Positions 60,996 to 64,000 of a stretch of DNA of 64,000 nt are shown piece after piece. The position numbers and the translations under genes are program-made. Where the stretch lies: contig QCKH01000001.1 in NCBI GenBank assembly GCA_003215475.1, positions 76,085 to 140,084 of the forward strand, in the 5' to 3' direction. The stretch comes from Prochlorococcus sp. AG-409-L21 (lineage in GTDB: Bacteria; Cyanobacteriota; Cyanobacteriia; PCC-6307; Cyanobiaceae). Each line of letters begins with the position of its first letter. Position 1 is the first letter of the stretch. The notes under the pieces were generated by a model. That model saw nothing but the letters and a program-made list of their open reading frames with translations, was not told the origin of the DNA and did no database searches.

Positions 60996-62399
60996 GTGCC
61001 CTCTTCTAAATCAGTCAATCTCAAATCTGTTTGGTATCGAAGAATAACGGTCCCTCAATTCACTGTGCTCACAGGGTTGTTGGTTATTTTTTCTGGAACA
61101 CTTCTCCTCGTCAATCCTTTGTGCTCTTCAACCGAAGTTGGATTATGGGAATCTTTTTTTACTGCAACTTCAGCTGTAACCGTAACAGGCTTGACTGTAA
61201 TTGATATAGGGAAAGATTTAACGATTATTGGTCAGATTGTCCTTGCTGGCATGCTTCTTATTGGTGGCTTAGGATTGATGGCCATCACAACTTTTCTACA
61301 AGGTTTTGTTGTGCGAGGAACAGAATTGAAATGTCGTTTAGACCGAGGAAAAACTCTTGATGAATTTGGTGTTGGAGGAATAGGAAGAACATTTCGAGGT
61401 ATTGCTATTACGGCGACTTTTTTGATTTTGATTGGAGCATTCATTCTTTTTTACTTTGGATTTACTGATATTTCTGATCTAAAAGAACGATTTTGGGCTG
61501 CTCTTTTTCATAGTATCTCTGCTTATAACAATGCAGGTTTTGGACTTTGGTCTGAAAGTATGCAGGGTTATCGGCAAAATTGGGTAGTTAATATCGTTGT
61601 GATTTTACTTGTTTTCTTAGGGGGTTTGGGATGGCGAGTGACAAGCGATCTTTGGAGCAATCGGAAAAATATGAATTTTCGAAATTTAAGTCTGCATACG
61701 CGCTTGGTGATAAGAACTTCTTTTTTCTTAATTGGTTTAGGCAGTATTGGATTACTTATTACAGAGTCAATAGGGCAAGGGTCATTTTTTTCAAGTATAG
61801 ATTGGCATGAACGTTTCCTGACTTCTGTTTTTGAATCCGTAAGTGCAAGGACAGCTGGGTTTACAAGTATGCCTATATCTATGGAAAGTATTTCGGATTC
61901 CGGTCTTCTTTTGTTAATGACCTTGATGTTTATTGGTGCCAGTCCAGGAGGTACAGGTGGTGGTATTAAAACCACTACAATTGCTGCTTTAATGGCAGCA
62001 ACAAGATCAACGTTAAGAGGGCAGGATCATGTTGTTATTCGTCATAGAGAAATATCAGATAAGGTTGTGTTGAAGGCTGTTGGTATTACCGTTGGCTCCC
62101 TTCTTTTTATTTTACTTATGGCTTTATTAATCACAATGGTAAATAGTTTTGGAGGACAAGAAAATTTTTCATTTTTAGAAATTTTATTTACATGTATTTC
62201 AGCATTTGCAACAGTCGGCTTTGATATTGGAGTTACACAACATATCGCACCTTTAGGCCAACTTATTCTTGTTATTGGTATGTTTGTAGGCAGGCTTGGC
62301 ATACTTTTATTATTAAGTGCAATTTGGCAAGCATTTAACAAAGCGAGCCGTCCACATCAGAATCGTATTGGCTATCCACGTGAGGATTTTTATGTTTGA
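60996..62399 (+). CDS. ktrB: Ktr/Trk potassium uptake membrane subunit
   Basis: SAVTVTGL, NNAGF, RTAGF, FIGASPGGTGGGIK, FATVG pore loops. Confidence 0.9.
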   Translation: MPSSKSVNLKSVWYRRITVPQFTVLTGLLVIFSGTLLLVNPLCSSTEVGLWESFFTATSAVTVTGLTVIDIGKDLTIIGQIVLAGMLLIGGLGLMAITTFLQGFVVRGTELKCRLDRGKTLDEFGVGGIGRTFRGIAITATFLILIGAFILFYFGFTDISDLKERFWAALFHSISAYNNAGFGLWSESMQGYRQNWVVNIVVILLVFLGGLGWRVTSDLWSNRKNMNFRNLSLHTRLVIRTSFFLIGLGSIGLLITESIGQGSFFSSIDWHERFLTSVFESVSARTAGFTSMPISMESISDSGLLLLMTLMFIGASPGGTGGGIKTTTIAALMAATRSTLRGQDHVVIRHREISDKVVLKAVGITVGSLLFILLMALLITMVNSFGGQENFSFLEILFTCISAFATVGFDIGVTQHIAPLGQLILVIGMFVGRLGILLLLSAIWQAFNKASRPHQNRIGYPREDFYV

Positions 62400-62423
62400 A
62401 TTTTTAGTAGATGAGGCAAGACA

Positions 62424-63128
62424 ATGAGTCAATGGTTTAAATGGCTGCCTAAAAAAGAAGAAGAAGCATTAGGGTTTGCTGTCGTTGGTATTGGTCGTTT
62501 TGGGACAGCAGTTTGTCGAGAGCTGATTCGAAACGGAGCAGATGTACTTGCGGTGGATTCTTCGGATAGAGCTATTGAAGAATTACTGCAACTCGAACCT
62601 TCTATCGAAGCAAGAAAAGTTGACTCGACAGATGAAGAAGCAATGAGAGAAGCTGGTGTTCTTGAAATGGGTACGGTAGTAGTAGGTATTAGTGAGCCAA
62701 TTGAGGCAAGTATTACTACGACTCTGATTGCAAAAGATACAGAAGGTAGTCGAGTTCAAAATGTAATTGCCAGAGCAACAAGTGATTTACATGAAAAGAT
62801 GCTTAAACGGGTTGGTGCTGATAGGGTAATTTTCCCCTCTCGCATGCAAGGGGAGAGATTGGGGCTTGAATTAGTACGTCCGAATCTTATTGAGAGATTA
62901 GAGTTAGATGATCAAACAGGTATTGATGAAATCAAAGTTCCTGACATTTTTGTAGGACGTTCTTTGAGAGATCTAAATTTGCGTAAGAATTTCTTTGTGA
63001 ATGTATTAGCAGCGGGACCATCAAATCGTTTAACTGTAAATCCTCCAGCTAAATATATTTTGAAAAAAGATCATGTTTTGGTAGTTATGGGATTGATGGA
63101 AGATTTACAAAAACTGCCTGAGGTTTGA
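62424..63128 (+). CDS. ktrA: Ktr/Trk potassium uptake NAD-binding subunit
   Basis: VVGIGRFG RCK domain plus TrkA-C domain. Confidence 0.9.
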   Translation: MSQWFKWLPKKEEEALGFAVVGIGRFGTAVCRELIRNGADVLAVDSSDRAIEELLQLEPSIEARKVDSTDEEAMREAGVLEMGTVVVGISEPIEASITTTLIAKDTEGSRVQNVIARATSDLHEKMLKRVGADRVIFPSRMQGERLGLELVRPNLIERLELDDQTGIDEIKVPDIFVGRSLRDLNLRKNFFVNVLAAGPSNRLTVNPPAKYILKKDHVLVVMGLMEDLQKLPEV

Positions 63129-64000
63129 ATGTATGTTTTAGGTTTAATGAGTGGCACTAGTGCTGATGGTGTTGATGCTGCATTAGTTGACTTTAATGGC
63201 AATTTAAATAAACCAATATGGCAATTACTTAATTCGGTATCACTTGAATATCCTGGTGACTTAAAAAAAATAATTATTGAAGTTGGTCAGGGTAGAACAC
63301 TTAGCAGTGCTCAATGGCTTACTCTTTCTGAGGAGATTACAGAAGTTCATTTTTCTGCAGCTAAGAATTGTGACCCTAATGGTCTTGCACGTGTTATAGG
63401 TTGTCATGGACAGACTGTATTTCATAGGCCTCCTGAAATTTCATCACGAGGAGCAAGTATGCAGATTATTCAAGCTCCTTTATTAGCAACTCTTCTAGGA
63501 AAACCTGTTGTTTTTGATTTTAGATCCAAAGATCTTGCATTAGGGGGACATGGTGCACCTTTATCGCCTTTATTAGATCTTGCATTAATTGGTTCAGCTA
63601 ATGGGTGGAGAGGAGTGTTGAATCTTGGAGGTATTGCTAATCTCACATTAATTCCCCCTCTCTTTGGACCACATCGTCATTGGGCTGCATTGGGCTGGGA
63701 TTGTGGTCCAGCAAACACTTTGATAGATTTTGCTGTGCAAAGAGTCAGTGATGGTGAAAATTATTTTGATCGTGATGGGTTGCTGGCTTTAGAAGGTGCT
63801 CCAGATTTTAAGGCTATCAATAGATGGTTGAAAGAAGACTTTTTCCAAATCCCTCCACCAAAATCTACTGGGAGAGAACAATTTGGCTTGCAAGATTTGG
63901 ATAGAAGATTACTAGAAATAGCCTCGCAAAAGAAAACAGATTTGATTGCAACCATGACTGCTTTTTCTGCATCAATTATTGGACAGGATTTAAAGAATTT
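63129..64000 (+). CDS. anmK: Anhydro-N-acetylmuramic acid kinase, 3'-truncated by window edge
   Basis: [52 protein letters not shown]. Confidence 0.93.
   Translation, partial: MYVLGLMSGTSADGVDAALVDFNGNLNKPIWQLLNSVSLEYPGDLKKIIIEVGQGRTLSSAQWLTLSEEITEVHFSAAKNCDPNGLARVIGCHGQTVFHRPPEISSRGASMQIIQAPLLATLLGKPVVFDFRSKDLALGGHGAPLSPLLDLALIGSANGWRGVLNLGGIANLTLIPPLFGPHRHWAALGWDCGPANTLIDFAVQRVSDGENYFDRDGLLALEGAPDFKAINRWLKEDFFQIPPPKSTGREQFGLQDLDRRLLEIASQKKTDLIATMTAFSASIIGQDLKN

Overview
AT-rich chromosomal window of a marine picocyanobacterium, almost certainly Prochlorococcus: gene content and order match, as do the two-piece permuted tmRNA with tag ANKIVSFSRQTAPVAA and the tRNA-Leu(AAG). A low-light ecotype is my inference. 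Nearly all of it is compact core genome running guaA - mrdA - flv1/flv3 - SWIM/SNF2 - alaS - speA - ndk - thiO - gatB - coaE - argJ - [accessory patch] - ssrA - smc - tRNA-Leu - accC - psbX - ycf66 - hli - def - sufBCDS - pgm - rarA - bcp - coaX - cysH - ktrB/ktrA - anmK. The only clearly accessory stretch is about 23.3-27.0 kb. Its best signal is a ~1.2 kb integrase-less element inserted in the 3' end of argJ. It is bounded by two copies of the argJ C-terminal codons (NSEYTT*, differing only at synonymous third positions), carries six 11-bp-phased arm-type direct repeats inside its ends, and has one cargo gene, an SRA-HNH modification-dependent nuclease. Next to it lie possible remains of an older element with an orphan gmd-fcl pair. 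Other points: coaE and an S9 peptidase have conserved-looking N-termini with no in-frame ATG/GTG/TTG, the leucine tRNA has A34, there is a LigD-phosphoesterase-like orphan before smc, and several small ORFs (including psbX) are missing from the ORF track. No database searches were run; product calls come from motif recognition.
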